A stretch of 63,915 nt of DNA, counting the filler, from Rhabdomonas costata (lineage: Eukaryota): assembly GCA_019059605.1 (NCBI GenBank). It is 37 parts of 37 records of this genome, joined end to end, with 100 filler letters (N's around TTAATTAATTAA, not from the genome) between each part and the next. Parts side by side here need not be neighbours in the genome. Positions count along the whole stretch, not along the records: positions 62,287 to 63,915 come from JAHMHO010011703.1; 36 more parts are not named here. One strand, 5' to 3'. Position numbers and translations under genes: made by a program. Numbering within the stretch: the first letter of the stretch is position 1; every line of letters starts with the position of its first letter. Below the pieces are notes generated by a model that was given only the letters and a program-made list of their open reading frames with translations, had not been told where the DNA came from and searched no databases. Shown here one piece after another: positions 62,646 through 63,915 of the stretch.

Positions 62646-63629
62646 CTACGGAGCAGACGGATGGGTATAGAGCACGAAATGTATTGACTTATGCTCCATA
62701 ACCCGTTCCTGAGAGGCAAAATTGGGCGTGGGCACAATTGCATTCATTTGCTCGTTATATACACCTTCGGAATGAGGAAGTGATGGTGGGATGTATGATA
62801 CAGAACACCAGATTGCTTTTTCAACACGAGTAATCTTCTTTCCAATCCCAATCTGCACTGTTCTATCCACCAAGTTAATCAAATGGTTGAACTGATGAAT
62901 GAAATGATAGCCCAAAACAATGGGAAGAGGAGTTTCAATCACAAGCAAGAAAAGCCTCACCTGCAACTCCCTTATTCTATTGCAAGCGAACATAGTGCGT
63001 CAGTGTCATAGTATTCCTATTCTCGACATTCACATGAATCTTTGAATTCAAATGCAATAATTTGTAGACTGCCTCGCGCACAACGTCAGCACTTATCAAC
63101 GATTAAAAAGCTCCCAAGTACAGCAAAGCAAATTGTGTTGTCACTGGCATAAAGAGCACAATAATTTGAGCAGGTGGCTGGGACCAGTCCTCGTAAAATG
63201 TAGAGGCCACTTTCCATTGGTCAGTGGACAGTGGCGTGACTGATGTCAACGAGTCTGCTGTATGATTCGACGGTTCCGCCATCACTGCACACAAAATGGG
63301 CTGCAAGCCTTGCATCGACATTGGAGCGACAGATGTGGAGCATTGGATCGCTAACACTGTAGCGGCCATTGTTGATGACCTCGAAGACACCTGAGCTGCC
63401 GGTGTTGACGAATGACATGCTGTAGTGTGTCCGAAGACAACTCTGGAGCGTCCCGTGTTGGCTCGGCTTTTACCTGGGCTCGTACTGGTTGCCATACTGC
63501 ATCAGCCTTTTGGGCTGGTTTTCGGCATGTGGGTATCCGGGCAATCAATATTTTTAATTTTTCTGAAGAAAAATGATATCTGCTGGTACGGAACAACCTA
63601 TTGTCTCCAGCCTCTGATTCTATCCGCAT
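62646..63629 (-). pseudogene. Decayed LTR-retrotransposon gag-protease region
   Basis: Broken zinc knuckle QC*RSNAPHLSLQC (about 63318-63359), followed downstream by a retropepsin-like C-terminus PIVLGYHFIHQFNHLINLVDRTVQIG. Several stops. Confidence 0.55.
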
Positions 63630-63915
63630 GATGTCGCGAAGCTAGTTAGAGCAAACAGTCGGCCAACAAAGCGAGACAATGTCCTCCACATACCATGTCT
63701 CTCTGAATCTGTCGGCTGCTTCGTGTACTCACGGGCTACAATCCGCACGTCCCCTGTCAGGTCACTCCGCATATGGCACTCTTTAGACCTCCTCCTCATA
63801 CAGCACTCCGCATGCCATCTGCTGAAGCACTCCGCATGCTTCATCTGGCTCTAAGAAGGAATTGACTTCCACACTGTTTTTGGATCAAGGTTGATGATCT
63901 CCGCAAGTGACAATA

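Noticed and set aside
1-63915. rRNA, tRNA, spliced-leader RNA genes or euglenid-type non-canonical introns
   Set aside because: None recognised by eye, and every homology-anchored intron is GT-AG. A covariance-model search would be needed to exclude small RNAs.

Overview
This is not one locus. It is 37 unrelated contigs of about 1.63 kb each, joined by a 100-nt artificial spacer (N44-TTAATTAATTAA-N44), so adjacency across spacers carries no meaning. The DNA is from an intron-rich eukaryote, probably a protist; a euglenozoan is plausible but cannot be shown here. It has short GC-rich exons, GT-AG introns with very relaxed splice sites, CA/GT microsatellites and TTAGGG-type repeats. Most ORFs in the supplied track are spurious. 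Splicing by eye recovers fragments of a CPT1-like carnitine acyltransferase, CFAP100, strumpellin/WASHC5, an EF-hand protein, a bromodomain, a large-subunit catalase, PLAA/Doa1, a class I DAHP synthase, an OTU protease, a histidine kinase, a GRIP golgin, a Sushi-EGF-CUB protein and a dienelactone hydrolase. Mobile DNA includes a tyrosine-recombinase retroelement, a 407-bp MITE, gag/protease relics, a CRE-like zinc finger and a probable Polinton/Maverick terminus. The best candidate for an undescribed system is a spliced gene joining a toxin-type (R-S-ExE) ADP-ribosyltransferase to a P-loop NTPase, an NLR-like layout, with two more ART-like fragments on other contigs. All family assignments come from motif recognition; no database searches were run.
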